Under the pieces are notes generated by a model. It did not search any database, was not told where the DNA came from, and worked only from the letters and a program-made list of their open reading frames with translations. This document shows positions 11,598-25,190 of a stretch of DNA of 64,000 nt, one piece after another. Position 1 is the first letter of the stretch. Each line of letters begins with the position of its first letter. The DNA comes from Paecilomyces variotii (taxonomy: Eukaryota). Made by a program: the position numbers and the translations under genes. The DNA lies in assembly GCA_004022145.1 (NCBI GenBank), contig RCNU01000007.1; one strand, given 5' to 3'.

Positions 11598-14269
11598 GTT
11601 ACATATATCGAATGACGCCGAGTAAGTATCACGGGTGGATGCCGATGGAGACCGGCACTTTGACTAAACCGCTCGATCTCTCTGACGGGAGCCGCTCTTC
11701 TCCCTTTCCACCTCTCTGAGCTTCGAACTCTCTTCTGCCCCGTCGTCACTAGCGACAGTCCAGTAGATAGGGCATTTCGAGCTCGTTTCCCTCTCGCTAG
11801 TTCCAGAACACATACTTAGCAGTCTGAACTAACTGATACACCGTAGCCTGCGTCCCTCCAGCAGGTCCACGACCGCGCCCCCCTTCGCTCGACCGGCCCT
11901 CCGTGCTGCTGTTCCGTTCGCTGAGTGGGACATCTACAAGCCGCATGGACAAACTACTGTTGCTATCTGGAGAAACTAACGTCCTGACGGCGAGGATAGC
12001 TGAGAACCAGTGTTGTCCACCGGTGGATCCGGGTACAGAACTACGGACGGCTCTGGCACATTCTTGCAGAGGCAAAATCGAGAGGGAGAAAACAACCAAA
12101 ACTAACGGATCTCCTAGTGCTGAGTGCTTATCAACACTGTCGTCATCCCTAATACTTGAAGCCTCTTCTCGTCTTCATCAAAGGGGGCGAAAACATGACT
12201 TGACCGCAACAGTTCCCTGGGTCAGTCATGCGGCTTGTTTCAGATAACGCCCAAGGTTGGTCGGCGCGGAATTTCCACACGACGTCCACAGCCTCCAGCT
12301 CAGGGCAATGCAAAACGAGCAGAGCCAAATAAGGAAAGAAGAAAAGAGAAAAAAGCTCAGAAGCACAGAGGCTAATCGAAGCACTACTTCCTGCACACTT
12401 ATCTGGCCATCATGATCGACACGATTCGCCGGCCTTCAGATACAGCATCGCCTTAGCGCTATACCATACTCGCTAGAATTGTGCATGAAGCCAAAGAATC
12501 CCTGCGTGCAGCTTGCAGCTACTGTATCGTGACACCCGTCGCTAAACTTCGTGAGTAGCTTGCTTTAGGTTTGTATAGCTACAGCGCAATACGTTGGATG
12601 AACTCAAAATTTCCGATCTTGGAACAGACACGGTAAATAGGTATCGTTGTTTTTCTCGTTCGTTATTACTTGTTATTGTTCCATATCTACCCGTTTCTCC
12701 GAATCAGACTTGCTATCATTATATGGTTCAGATCTGGCTGCGCCACACTCAAATTCTCGTGGCTGTGAATGACGCAGTGTCCCGGCAACTCCCAAGGTTT
12801 GGTGGTTGGAGTTTACAGCAATGATGCCGATGAATTAAATGAAAATAAAAAGAAAGTGTCAAAGGTGCCCGCTTCCAGAGAAACAGATCTGACACTCATC
12901 AGCAACTTGAAGTGGGCGCAAAGGTTGGGAACTTGGGAAGAGCATCGCCCTGCGGTTCGACACCATCCCACGTTGTGTCTGTCACATTAGCATTATTCCC
13001 CTTGTTCAAACTTTCTTCTAGAGACTTCCCCGTGGGTTCATCAATCTCGGTCCGTCACTTCGACCCTACTCCGGCCTCCGTCCGATCCGAGTGAGCCTCA
13101 TCGGTATCGTGGATGTGATATTATTGACCCTCCTCGGATGCAGGATTTATGTACTATAGTCACTGTGCACGTAGGGCAGAATCAATCAACTTTTGTCACC
13201 GTCGTATTACGGGCGTCTCTTGATGACGACATCAAAATGCCCGCTGTTGTGCCAGATGGCATTCGCACATTCCAACCCTCCCTTGGGACTCCGGAGGCAC
13301 TGTATCCGGTCGCTATCCGTCTATTTATATATATGGATATACATATCCCGCACGCCATACAACGCATGCTCACCTAGCCTGTCACAGCCTCGCACCCTTG
13401 AAGCTCCGATCTCTCGCATGCGAAGTATCCAGAACTTCACACAGATTATTATTATATTGTCTCTTACCTTTCCTATTCCTCTCCCAACCCGGGCAGGTAC
13501 CGGGTACGGAACTGGACGGAGAGAAGACTTGCCGACTGCCAACTGCCAACTGCCAACCCATGCTCTTCCCCACAGTTTCTCGTGTCCCCAGGTCTCACTC
13601 CAGCCGGATAGCGGCTGTGCAACATCCGCATGGCCCCAAAACCGTCATTGGCAGGTTCGTCTATCCCACTCTTCTGACCGATTTCAGGAATCATAGAAGT
13701 TCTATGAGTAAAATGTAACCTGTGGATTATTACTTCGTTACTCGAACCACTTCTGTGCCTGGATCTAAGTGTGTACGGAGGAATAGGAAAATGTGCAGTT
13801 TTCGGGAACGTGATACCATTTCTCCAGTGTATCGGATGGAGGTTGCCACAGCTATGATAAGAAAAGGCAGTGGATAAAGCACCAGTGCTAGAACTACAGA
13901 GTGACCAAAAGTCACATGTCCTATACACACTATCCTGAGGAGATATGGCTATACTCTACAGGACCTGATACCTGATAACGGTGATTCAATACCAGAGTCT
14001 CAGAGTCCGCGCAATAGCGACAGCTTGCGAGGCACGATATATTACGAGCCTATCATGACCATCTGGGACGTAGAGTCTTGAGGTCTCACGGGTTGAAACA
14101 CAGGATTTGAAAGATGTCACAATGATATTGGTATTGTAAAGGCAGCCGCAAAATGTTCGAAGCAGGTCTATTTTACAAGCTCCCCATGGACACACGACTC
14201 GGGGACCACGTCAGTTCACGTAAAGCCCATCAAGCCCATTTCATGCGTCCAAACATTTTCTCTCATAGC

Positions 14270-14771
14270 TTAGTGAGCGGCGGCAGCCGGCTCCTCGTCC
14301 TCCTCGAACCAGCTCTCCTCAACGGGGGCGGCCTCACCAGCGGCAGCCTGGCCCTCAACCTCAACCTGCTGGGCCTCGTAGTCCTTCAGCTCGTTGGCGA
14401 TGTTGGCCTCCTCAGGCGATGGGGGCGGCTTGGGAGCGGAGAACTTCTGAACGTGGGCTTCCGCATCACCGGGCTTGATGGGAGCGGGCTTGTAGGCGCG
14501 GAGCTCACGCAGGTACAGGTCCTGGACGGGGTCGGCTGCAAATAGATCGGTTTAGTGGACGATAAACAACAGATATGCTAGGAAGGGAGCGATTGTGACC
14601 ACGTACCCTGACGAGCGGCGGATGTAAGGAAGGTCCGGCGGGCGACAGAGACCTGCTGCCGGCTGACGCGGGTGAGGAGAGAGCGCTGGTAGAGGGTCAA
14701 TGACGGGGTCAATGGCACGGCAGCGTCAGGGAAAGCAGTCTTACCGAAGCTCTGAGGGACTGGGACATCAT
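14270..14771 (-). CDS. ATP14: Mitochondrial ATP synthase subunit h, 3 exons (missed by the ORF track)
   Basis: Spliced product MMSQSLRAS-RSLLTRVSRQQVSVARRTFLTSAARQ-ADPVQDLYLRELRAYKPAPIKPGDAEAHVQKFSAPKPPPSPEE...EESWFEEDEEPAAAH. Arg/Ser-rich presequence and the D-x-VQDLYLREL signature. Confidence 0.9.
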
Positions 14772-15262
14772 CGCGGCGGTGGTGTGGACGTCGTGAAGTG
14801 GCAGAGGATGCTTCTTCCGTGAAGTTGGACGGGTTTCTTGCACTGTCGACTTTGGCCGGGCAGGAGGGCTTGGCGCTGGCTGACTCAGCTGCGGCTCTGC
14901 CAGCCAACTCTTACTCTTTCGACTGCCTTCGCCGCTCTTCAACTCTTGTCAGCCTCGTCAGAACCCCCAGCCTTCGACCTTCTTACAACCCACAAGCCTC
15001 TTGTCATCGAACCCCGTCACCCACGTTGCTGTGCTCGACTCGACTCCGCTCGATCTCGCTGGCAGCTGTGTCCTGACACGGTTCTGCGACCCCTTTCGTG
15101 AGACTAATCCGCTTGCGCATCTCGTCTTACGGAGACCTTGACTGGTTCATCGCGGTCGGACAAGTCAGGCTCGGGGCTTTCTCCGCTCGTTTAGAATCTC
15201 GAGGCTTTGTGGTTTCGACACGCTGGTGAAGGCATCCTCATCGGCGAACTCGTCTTGGAAAG

Positions 15263-15439
15263 GTAAAGCACCGTCCGGCTTCGGCCCTCTGTGGGTTTGA
15301 TGGGTAGTCCTCAAGCTGCTGGACAGTTATGAGGCGATAGCACGGTCATCTCCGCCTTTCCAAGACCTCATATCCACCGATCTCTCAGATTTGCTCAATC
15401 AATATATGTGGACTACAGTGCTAACATCGTTGCTGACAG
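15263..15439 (+). other. Probable 5'UTR intron of the TFIIB gene
   Basis: AG|GTAAAG donor, GCTAAC branch site (15420-15425) and CAGCAG acceptor upstream of the TFIIB ATG. Confidence 0.55.
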
Positions 15440-15675
15440 CAGTGGCATAAGAGGCCAGGCTCGAGACGCGCTACAGCCAGCTTACTATCTCTTTACTCTG
15501 GCTCTTAGACTCCACTCCCTAGAGCCCCCCCTTTCCCCGTTCGAATACAGCCGCCAAGCTGTATTCGCCGCTGTTTATTCGTGTTTGCGCTTCGAAACAT
15601 AATCTCAGAGTTTCTCACAAGAAGATCAGAAGGCGTCAGCAAGAGCGATTTTTGACAAAAAAGAAACCGAGCAAA

Positions 15676-16795
15676 ATGGCGACTGTGGCACCAGGAGCGA
15701 GGGCGGATCAAACGCCATGGAGGAAAAACCTCTCCAATCACCTCATCTGTCCTGAATGTAAAGAAGTGCCACCCAATCTGGAGTTCCCCGACTCGCATGA
15801 GACAGTCTGCGGCTCCTGTGGGTTGGTCCTTGCGGACCGTGAGATAGATATGCACTCTGAGTGGCGTACCTTCTCCAATGATGACCAGAACAATGACGAT
15901 CCTTCTCGTGTTGGAGATGCAGCAAACCCGCTTTTGAACGGAAACCAACTTGAGACTCAGATCGCCGGTGGAGCTTCCGGTCAGTCTCGGCAGCTGTACC
16001 GTGCCCAGAACAAGCAGTCCAGTGAGAAGACCAACAAGTCACTCTTGGCAGCTTACAAGGAGATTGGTGCCCTCTGCGACGGTTTCAATATCCAGAAGAA
16101 CGTGGCCGATACGGCGAAGTACCTGTTTAAAATTGTGGATGATGCGAAAGCCTTCAAGGGAAAATCGCAGGACGTGATCATCGCTGGTTGCATCTTCATT
16201 GCCTGCCGTCAGTGCAAGGTGCCTCGGACGTTTACCGAGATCTTTGCTGTGACCAAGGTCACCAGGAAGGAGATTGGCAGAATCTACAAGGCACTGGAGA
16301 AATTCTTTACGGCACAGAACTTGGAGAGGATCAACTCTGTTGTTTCTAATGGAGGTGAGTTGGCCATGTCACTGTCGTTGATAATTTCAGGCATACTAAA
16401 CATTTATTTTCAACGGTGAAGGTGTTCCTGATCCGAATGAGACCTACACTGCAACCACCTCGACGAAGCCGAGTGATCTGTGCAACCGTTTCTGCAACTT
16501 GTTGGATCTTCCGTTCCAAGTCACCAACGTCTCGTCCGCGTTGTCTGACCGCGTCACCACGATGGGAGACCTCGCCGGACGCTCTCCTCTGTCGATTGTT
16601 GCTGCTTGCATATACATGGCATCATATCTTATGGGCCAGGGCAAGACAGCAAAGGAGATCTCTCAGGTGGCACACGTTAGCGATGGCACTATCCGTGGTG
16701 CCTACAAGCAACTCTATGCCGAGAGGGAACGCCTGATTGACCCTAACTGGATCAAAGACGGTAAGGGAGACATGAAGAACCTTCCTCCCAGCTGA
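15676..16795 (+). CDS. SUA7: Transcription initiation factor TFIIB, 2 exons
   Basis: Zinc ribbon CPECK...CGSCG, B-reader SEWRTFSND, two cyclin folds (ACRQCKVPRTF; GRSPLSIVAACIY). Intron ~16354-16421. Confidence 0.97.
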
Positions 16796-18077
16796 GATGT
16801 TTCCGTCATCGCAAAACAGTCTTGTGGTGTAAGGATATCCGTGTGAAAATGCGGAGACTTGTCCTGATGTTAAGTCCTCAAAGCGACGGTGAAAACCTGG
16901 CGCCCCCCCCAAAAAAGAAGAAGATTTGTGCATGACGGGAAATTGTCCCATCTCTGTCTTCAGTTTTTGTCTTGTCTTAAAACAGAATCAGCTTTGCGTG
17001 GAGTGAAATCTGCACCTGCATTGGGCCAATCCTGGGTAGAGATCTTGCCCTTGCGAGTCTCGAAAGCGGAATCATATCCCCTGCTACCGCAGGGCCAGCC
17101 TCGTGCTAGTCTGGACATGCCCTCCATGGGTTAGCTAAATCTGAAGATAGCATACGTGATCTGTATTTCATTGTATAATACACTAAGGCGATAGAAGAAT
17201 CCAATGCATTCAGTGCCCAATGTCCACTAGATATAGACGAAGAGAACGTAGGCAGGCCCATAGATGCTAATCCGTCTCTTATTACTACTGAGGCCACGTG
17301 ATAGATGTCGCCACTTTAATACTCCAAGTGCCGCTTTGTCCCTTATATGTTATAATTATAGTTAGCAGAAGAAGAATTGGGCATAAAGAGAATAATCTCA
17401 CCAGGACTTGCTGGATTGGAAAGAAACTGCTATAGTATATCTCAAGCTGGGTGCTGCATAACTATCCTACCAATCTGTAACTATATTCCGTGAAATTCTA
17501 GACTGCGCATGTTCTAATATATAGTCCTCAATGCCATATACTTGAGGGTTTCAAAGAGTCCAAGACCCGCCATTTCAAATTATGGAATAAGCGGCCAGAA
17601 CATCCCAGAGCATGACGTTTAAATTGACGTTTCAATCGCCATTAGAGTAAATCTTTAGTAGAAGCCTTCGCCGCTAATATCCGATGCGCTAAGAAGCTTA
17701 GTCGTCCCGATATAGAAAAGTGCCGGCCAATTTGCCCAGAGCTTTAGTTTGACGATGTCGCCATATGCCCTATATCTTGCAACAGTAGTAGCATTCACAC
17801 TTAATGGCAGACAACGACAGCGAGAAACGTTTCCATGTCTTCTATTTCGCCGCTCTGGCCTTTGCACGTGGATCCTTCGGTGTAGGGCCATATTACACCT
17901 ACCTCATTGGGAAATTATTTGTCGGATATATCAGAAAGGACTGCGAAAATGTTACTTCGAAAATGTTGTATATAATCAAGGAGCTGTGCAATGTAGTAAA
18001 GACCTATAGACTATTCCCCGTCTTACCCAGACAACCCTCCTCTCAATCGCCAAAACTGTCCGCCCAACTTGGCGAAA

Positions 18078-19592
18078 ATGGCTGAAATCGAAGGTAGTGC
18101 TGGAGGAAGAGCGCCGGTCAAACGAGTCTGGTACCGGACGTCTCTCTTCAATGCCTCTGTCATTGGAGCAGTTGGCTTCCTCGCCCCAGGTCTATGGAAT
18201 GCAATGAACTCGCTTGGTGCAGGTGGTGAGGAAAAGCCTTTCCTGGTCAACGCTGCCAATGCGCTCGTCTTTGCCCTCATGGGATTTTTCTGCATCCTTG
18301 GCGCACCTATTGCAAATCGCATTGGTTTGAAATGGACTCTTCTACTGGGTGCGGTCGGATACCCCGTTTATGCCGCTGGACTTTACACGAATAATCGATT
18401 CGGAAACGTATGGTTTGTGCTGGTAGGCTCAGTGGCATGCGGTATATCCGCCGGACTCTTCTGGGCTAGCGAGGGTGCTATTGCGATTGGATACCCGGAG
18501 CCTTCAAAGAGGGCCAGATATCTCAATATTTGGGTGTGGTGGCGGACCATGGGTCCTATTATCGGAAATGCCATTGTGCTGGGCCTCAACATCAAGGCCA
18601 AAGGCGAAGGCAGCGTGGGATACTCAACCTATATCGTCTTCATCGTGCTTCAATGCTTGGCTGTCCCGGTTGCCTTACTCCTGACGCCTCCAGATAAAGT
18701 GCAGCGGACAGATGGATCTGCCGTGATTATCCAAGTCGAGGAGTCATGGAAGGAAGAGTTCAAGGCTCTCTGGCGTACCTGCAAAAACCGCAACGTCGTG
18801 CTGTTGCTTCCGATCTTCTGGGCCGCATACTTCAACGAATATTCCAGCAATTTCGAAACATACTATTTCGGTGTACGAGCACGGGCTTTGATCGCTTTCG
18901 TCGGTGATTTTGTGACGCTACTTGCCTCACAGATTATCTCTCACTGGCTCGATTGGAAGCGAGTTAGTCCAAAGAAGCGTATCACATATGGCTGGTATTA
19001 TGTTATCTTGGTACATGTCGCGACTTGGATTTATGCCTGGATCATTCAGGAGCAATACACGGCCAATCCGCCAATGCTTGATTACACCAGTCGAGGCTTT
19101 GTGAAAGGCGCATTCGCGCTGTTCCTGTGGAGTTTCGCGCAACAGACTGCGCAGAACTGGCTCTACTATGTTATTGGCTCGACAACACAAGATATCGCTG
19201 AGCTCACTAGATTGACCGGCATCCTTCGAGGCCAGGAGAGCTTTGGTGAAGCTGTTTCCTACGGGCTCAACTCGAGGAACTGGTATGGTGGCCGTGTGCC
19301 AATGGCTGTAAACACAATCTTACTAGGTAAGTCCTTTTACTTTCTTTTTCTTCTTCTGCGAAAGACAAAGACATCCAGTATATTTCGAAAAAACTGACGC
19401 CTTCTAGGTTTGTGTGTAATTCCTACGTGGATAGTCGTTCACGAACACGTCCCAGATGAGGAGGTAAAAGATAAGGAAACTCTGAGGACCGATATTGACC
19501 CTGCTCTTGAAAGTGAAGTCGTTGTGAGCACCGATGTGGTAGGGAAATATGCACTCGACCGCGCTACGGCCTCTTATCCAGCTAAGCAATAG
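18078..19592 (+). CDS. MFS transporter, UNC-93-like/DUF895 type, 2 exons
   Basis: About 12 hydrophobic segments; PGLWNAMNSLGAGG and GISAGLFWASEG motifs. Intron ~19327-19408 joins the C-terminal exon in frame. Confidence 0.85.
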
Positions 19593-19808
19593 TCCTACGG
19601 CTCTGTTGCTTGACGACATGTCACAAGAGCAGATTATAATGAATACAGTGATGTGAATTCCACATCTCAGGATCAAAATAGCATACTCTGTTTGTGACGT
19701 ATGATATAAAAGATAAATAATACACGAAAGCTTGTTTTCCCCAAGTACAGTACAGTTTCAGCAGAAGCATGTACAGAGCCTGTGTTAGTTACCTTCTAAA
19801 TCACGCCC

Positions 19809-21174
19809 TTAATAAGCGCGATGTGCCGAGCCACCGAAGAGCTTTTTAAGATTGTAATCCCTGACACTCAACACAGAGCTGGATGAGGGTAGCGGGGACC
19901 CAGATGGAGAAGAGCCTCCTACGTCTGGACCGACATTGTTGCCAGTGCTGTGGCCTCCATCAGCAGCCCAGTAGGCAGCAGCAGTAGCATTAGAATTGCG
20001 ATTCGCACTAGGATCAATACCGATGCTGATCCAGGCAAGAAGACCATCTATGACAACGTCAGATTCTATTTAATAATTTCACTGGAGGACGCCAGAGTAT
20101 CTTACCGGTTATGTCATTCCCGAGGTAAACATACTCAGGAAAGGGATCATAGTTGTTATCCGCCTGAGACGGAGCCCACATATCATCGTCGTTGGAAAGA
20201 GCCTCGATCGTGTTTGTGTTGTACGGATATGTCTCTTCCACAGCTGAGCGTAGGGACTCGTCAAAGAAGATCTGCCCGATGTGCGATACCGTACCACCCG
20301 TGTATGAGCCATTAGGAAGTAGGCTGGCATTCGTATGGACCACAGTGTGCTCGTGTGTAGCACGACCGCTGTAGTGACCCGGGAAGATGGTGTCGAACTG
20401 GACGACGCCGTCATTGTCGGACATCTGCAAACCGCGCAGGAAAGTTGAATTTAAACCTCCCTCTCCGGTGCTGTCGACACCGCTGTAAACACCTGTGGCA
20501 TTGCACTTTGATAGAGTCAGACATGTAAGCAAGGAAAATGTTGTTCGTGGGAAATCAACGTACGGCCCAAATGTCAATGAGAAGGTCAGGAACAGGCTCG
20601 CATGTATTGACATCGACGAACTGCATTTCCAGATGCAAAGGGACACCTTGCTGCCCCTCTGTGACGTCCTGGCGCAGGAGCTCGCCGCTAACGTAGTACG
20701 GACCGATCGTGTTTTCGGGAGTAAGGATACAGCTGGTATTGGAGCTGAAGAGGACAGACGGATCGGCCATATTGACTGATCCTGTCATGTTGTGATTGAC
20801 CTTCTCGTACTTTTCCAGCGTAGCAAGATCCCGACGGTGAAGGTATGCTATAAAATTCCAATTAGTCAAATGGAACATCAAATAGACATAAATGTTGCTC
20901 TCTTACCATCGTCCGCTGCAAGACCCCTTTCATTACGTAGTCTCGTAGCAGTGGCGGAACGACGAGAAACGGCCCGCTTCTTCAGTTCTTGGAACTTGGG
21001 GGAGTTTGCGCATTTACTCAGGGAGCTACTGGCCCTAGTAGCGAGAATCTCACGTGTCTGGAGTTCACGTTTGACATGCTCGACATCGTGATGCTCTCCG
21101 GGATGAGCTGTTGCGGCACTGAAGAGAGAGGCTGCCAGCACGGCGGCGGCGTTTAACTTGCTGATATTTACCAT
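19809..21174 (-). CDS. Secreted intradiol ring-cleavage dioxygenase-like protein, 4 exons
   Basis: Signal peptide (MVNISKLNAAAVLAASLFSAATAHPGEHH); TPENTIGPYY, IDIW-CNATGVYSG, TFLRGLQ, FPGHYSGRATHEH and HIGQIFFD motifs. Three GT-AG introns restore one frame. Confidence 0.88.
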
Positions 21175-23134
21175 TGTGCCTGAACGGAATAGTGTAACTG
21201 TTAAAGCAAGGAAATTTGGATGTGAAGAGGAATCGCCCTGGAATGAAGAATTGCTATACACTGCTGGTACTGGACGTGCCTTTTATAACCCCCTTCCCCC
21301 GTTCCCCCCAGCTAAAAACAGTAAGTATATATCACTTATGTGCCAAGGTTAATAATGTCAAAACTTACGTATACTTAACTCCATTGACATATTGAGCAAA
21401 CATAACTGGTATAACGAGGTTGCCACAACGTTGCGAATATTGAGTGTGACTTGAACTAGCGTTCCACAGACAGGCCGCAGATCCCAGACAGGCTGCAATC
21501 CGCCGCATGGACATATCAAATTGATAGAAGAAGCACCCACTGGCATGGTTAGATTCGAGGAACATGGAAACACGTACGTCAGCGTATAGAATAAAGGGGA
21601 CCAATTGAATGTCCTATAATTGTCACTCAATGAATAAGACTTGGGATTAAGAGGGTTGCTTACGATTAGATCGAGTCTACTGGAGAGCTAGACAAATAAC
21701 CTCACGCCAGGGTATATCCGCGGGGCAAGGCTTAGGGAGTGTCTTGCTCGTATTCCATTCGAACCAACCCCTCAATCAATGGGAGCTGTTTCTACATGCT
21801 TGTTTCCTCTCACTGGTCCCATGTTTCTATGACAGCCCTAGATCTTGTTTCAGGACTTTGTATTCCTTGTTGGTTCAACATGCAGGGCGTGTTTATGAAG
21901 AAGATTCCAGCAGAGCGAAAACACAAGTGGTGGATCTGTTGTGGCTTTAGTTTGGTTTAAGTAAGTGGGCTTTGGAGAATTGAACTTCTAGATCTGCCAC
22001 TGAGCAGCTTTGCCTGAGGAGTATTGGGTGCATATGCCAAGAGAACTGTCGTCTCCAGAATCCCGCTGTCTTGGCAATATATACAGTAAGTATCTTGAAA
22101 CACTGCTAATCTATTACTGGAAGGTTGCTACGAGCTCTGAGCCCAACACTTCAGATTGCGGCCGCGCAACACCGGTCTTGGCAACTGTGATGGGACCAAA
22201 AAACGATTAACACAAGGCTATTTATTATTCCGAGAATTATTGCCTGATATGAACGCGGAGAGCGCTAAGAATGAAGAGACACTTGGATTGTGAAAGACCT
22301 AATTTCGGAAATGAAATGCTTGGCTACCGTGGACACAGCGGATACTCTCATGGAGCCTGTCCGAATAGACATTAGATGTAATATGAATTATATTTGGTAT
22401 GATATGCGGAGGACAATCAAGCTGCACTGAAGGAGGTTGGTTGTCAGCTGTCTTGATATTGCGCAAGTTCAATAGTGCAGTGTTGGTAGTAGTAGGTATT
22501 TCATGGTCTACCATCGATTCAATATCTATGAGATCCTATATGCCATGATCAAGGTTTGTCAATCCAAGAGGTTTGCTTGAAGTTCAATGGCATGTCCTAG
22601 AAATAAGACGGACAGGCAAAACGAAGTTGTCCAAGTTCGAAATAAGGTCAAGGCTTGGTCGCTAGAAGGCTATTAAGTAGCCAGAGCACACTACCGTGAT
22701 CTAGAGCCAAGTACTACCTATATCTATGTGCCAGCATTTGACCATTTGACATCCATCGAACTGGGTTTTCTCCCCTGAGACGGTTTGCATTGCTTGAGGG
22801 GGGTTTGCGGGCTCAGATAGCGGATCTATTTGACAACACTTTGCGTGAATATCGTCAAAACAGAGTCGGTTATTGAGATGGATGAACAATGGATACGCTA
22901 GTTTTGATGCCAATGCCCACGATCCAAAGATCCGAGAGCATCTGAATTCATGGGCGGTGAAATTCTTCCATCGGACTTTCACCCGCTGCCCCACCAAAAA
23001 GAACGGCACATTTCTGTGTCATCATCCTCACTCATTGTTCCGGTGGATTTTTCTTTTTGTTGACTACAGACCGGCCAGGCCTCTCTTGTGAGATTGCAAA
23101 GGAGAGATAATTCGACTGAGAAGCATTCATCAAA

Positions 23135-23989
23135 ATGGCACCCGAACCGTCACCTTACGCGCCTCCTGCTCTGCCCGCACCTTTCACGAACACGACCCCG
23201 CCGCCTGCCCTCTTGACCCAAGGCGCCGAAGCCCATCTGTACAAGACAACCTTCCTCACGCCGTCAACTCCAGCTGCGCTTAAGATTCGTCCCTCGAAGC
23301 CATATAGGCATCCGATCCTTGATAAACGACTGACGCGCCAGCGCGTCTTGCAGGAAGCTAGATGTTTGGCGAAGCTCGTTCGCGAAGGAGTCAATGTCCC
23401 TGGAGTGCTGGCGGTGGACTGGGAAGCCCAGGGAGGAGAGGACGGGCGTGTTGCGGCTTGGTTGTTAATGGAATGGATCGATGGATTAGCGCTGCGGGTT
23501 GTCTTCGAGCGATGGGAAGCTTGGATCAGGCAACAGCACCGTGAGTTGTCGCAGGATGCGTTTTCGCAGTTACACAAGAAGGAAGCAGAACGTGTGCGGG
23601 GTCTGATGAGGAAGATCGGACGAACAATTGGTGGCATGCATAAGGCTGGTGTCATTCATGGTGACCTGACGACGAGTAACCTCATCCTGAGACCAGTCCA
23701 AAGCGCAGACACCCCATCCGCAGAAACTCCCGTCACAGGCCCTCCAAGTATGGATGGGGAAGTTGTCCTAATTGACTTTGGGCTTGCTGGCCAGAGTGTT
23801 CAAGATGAAGATAGGGCTGTCGATCTCTACGTGTTGGAGCGGGCATTTGGCAGCACACATCCCAAGACCGAGGGTTTCTTCGAGGAGGTTGTGAAAGCCT
23901 ACGGGGAGAGCTATCGGGGAGCGAACGTCGTGCTGAAGAGGCTGGAGGACGTAAGAATGAGAGGCCGCAAGAGGAGCATGATTGGATGA
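23135..23989 (+). CDS. BUD32: EKC/KEOPS complex atypical kinase Bud32/PRPK
   Basis: QGAEA, KPYRHPILD, IHGDLTTSNL, LIDFGL, EDRAVDLYVLE and the C-terminal RGRKRSMIG. Confidence 0.96.
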   Translation: MAPEPSPYAPPALPAPFTNTTPPPALLTQGAEAHLYKTTFLTPSTPAALKIRPSKPYRHPILDKRLTRQRVLQEARCLAKLVREGVNVPGVLAVDWEAQGGEDGRVAAWLLMEWIDGLALRVVFERWEAWIRQQHRELSQDAFSQLHKKEAERVRGLMRKIGRTIGGMHKAGVIHGDLTTSNLILRPVQSADTPSAETPVTGPPSMDGEVVLIDFGLAGQSVQDEDRAVDLYVLERAFGSTHPKTEGFFEEVVKAYGESYRGANVVLKRLEDVRMRGRKRSMIG

Positions 23990-24149
23990 GTGGCATATGG
24001 ATGTATATCTATGAGACGAATGGTGTGCTCGGAGAGTAGGGTGATGCCCTGACGACCGTCTGAAACAACATGGATGCATATTTCCGCTGAAAGAAATCAC
24101 AAAGAACTCCTCGCTACAAAGAGGGACAAAAAAGGACAAGGAATCGTCT

Positions 24150-25190
24150 TCATGGTCTTGGTTCAATACAGCTGCCGACTTCAGCGAGTGCAAAATATCC
24201 CTTATTCTCAATGACTCCGCGGTCCTTCACGACGGCTGTATATTTGACAACCCACTGAGGCTCGATGTCACCTTTGATACCGTCACCGGAATCAGGAGAG
24301 GAAGCCAGAATATGGGCACCGCTTTCACCCGCCCCGAGAAGTTCTCTCGTGGTCCCTCTCGGAAGGATGTCCGTGCAGTCATTATGGGTCAGTAGCTGGA
24401 TGTTCTGTTGCTTTGCGTACAGGATCAAGGACTTGGGCACAACGCAGCAGTCCTTGACATTGATCTGATCGACCGAGGGCTTGACTTTCGTTTGCGGAAG
24501 GAATTTGGCTAGTCTGTCACTGCCAAACTCTGCCAGTCCGATCTGGGAGATCATACCCTTCTCATGCAGGTCTTCCAACGATCGCCATGTTTGAACTAAG
24601 CTGTCGAAGTCATCCGGCTGACCTTCAGCCTGTGGGGTTATTTCCTCTTCTCCCTCGTCATCAGCATCGAACGATACACCCGGGAAGGAGGCAATCAAGA
24701 GATCGATAGAGTTAACATGTAGTTCCTTCAATACCAAGTCAATTGCTTGCCGCGTATGCGCACATCTCCGCGAAGCCGGGATACCTGGCAGGTAGAATAG
24801 CTTCACTGTAATGTCATATTGATCACGTTCCTCCGAAAGTCCCGATTGTGAGAAATCTATCGCGGGGATGTAGAGCGTATCATCTTCCTGAGACGTCCAC
24901 GATGAGTAGTCATCGGTATAAGATATCTTCTGCGGTATCCCGTGCTTCTGCGGATCAGATGCGCCATTCGCATGCCCTGGCTCGACGTGCTGTGCTGCGA
25001 CGAAGTTCGATCGCAGAGAGTTGATCAATTCGACGTTGGATTTCTCTGTCGTAAATCGCCGTATGATCGACGGTCCGCCATTCATTATATTTCTATTTCC
25101 CTCCGCGGTGTCCTGTGATCAGCAAAGCACGATGGTGGGGTGACATGGCGGGGTTGCGAAAACGTACCCCGTGGAGAGAATGAGCTTCAT
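24150..25190 (-). CDS. Glutamate-cysteine ligase regulatory (modifier) subunit, AKR-like fold, 2 exons
   Basis: Exon 1 MKLILSTG splices to NIMNGGPSIIRR. YDITVKLF, CCVVP..LI.YAK...IQLLTHND and WVVKYTAVVKDRGVIENKGY are typical of the GCLM family. Confidence 0.88.

Noticed and set aside
14153-14545. 130-aa Leu/Gly-rich plus-strand ORF
   Set aside because: It is the antisense of the last ATP14 exon.
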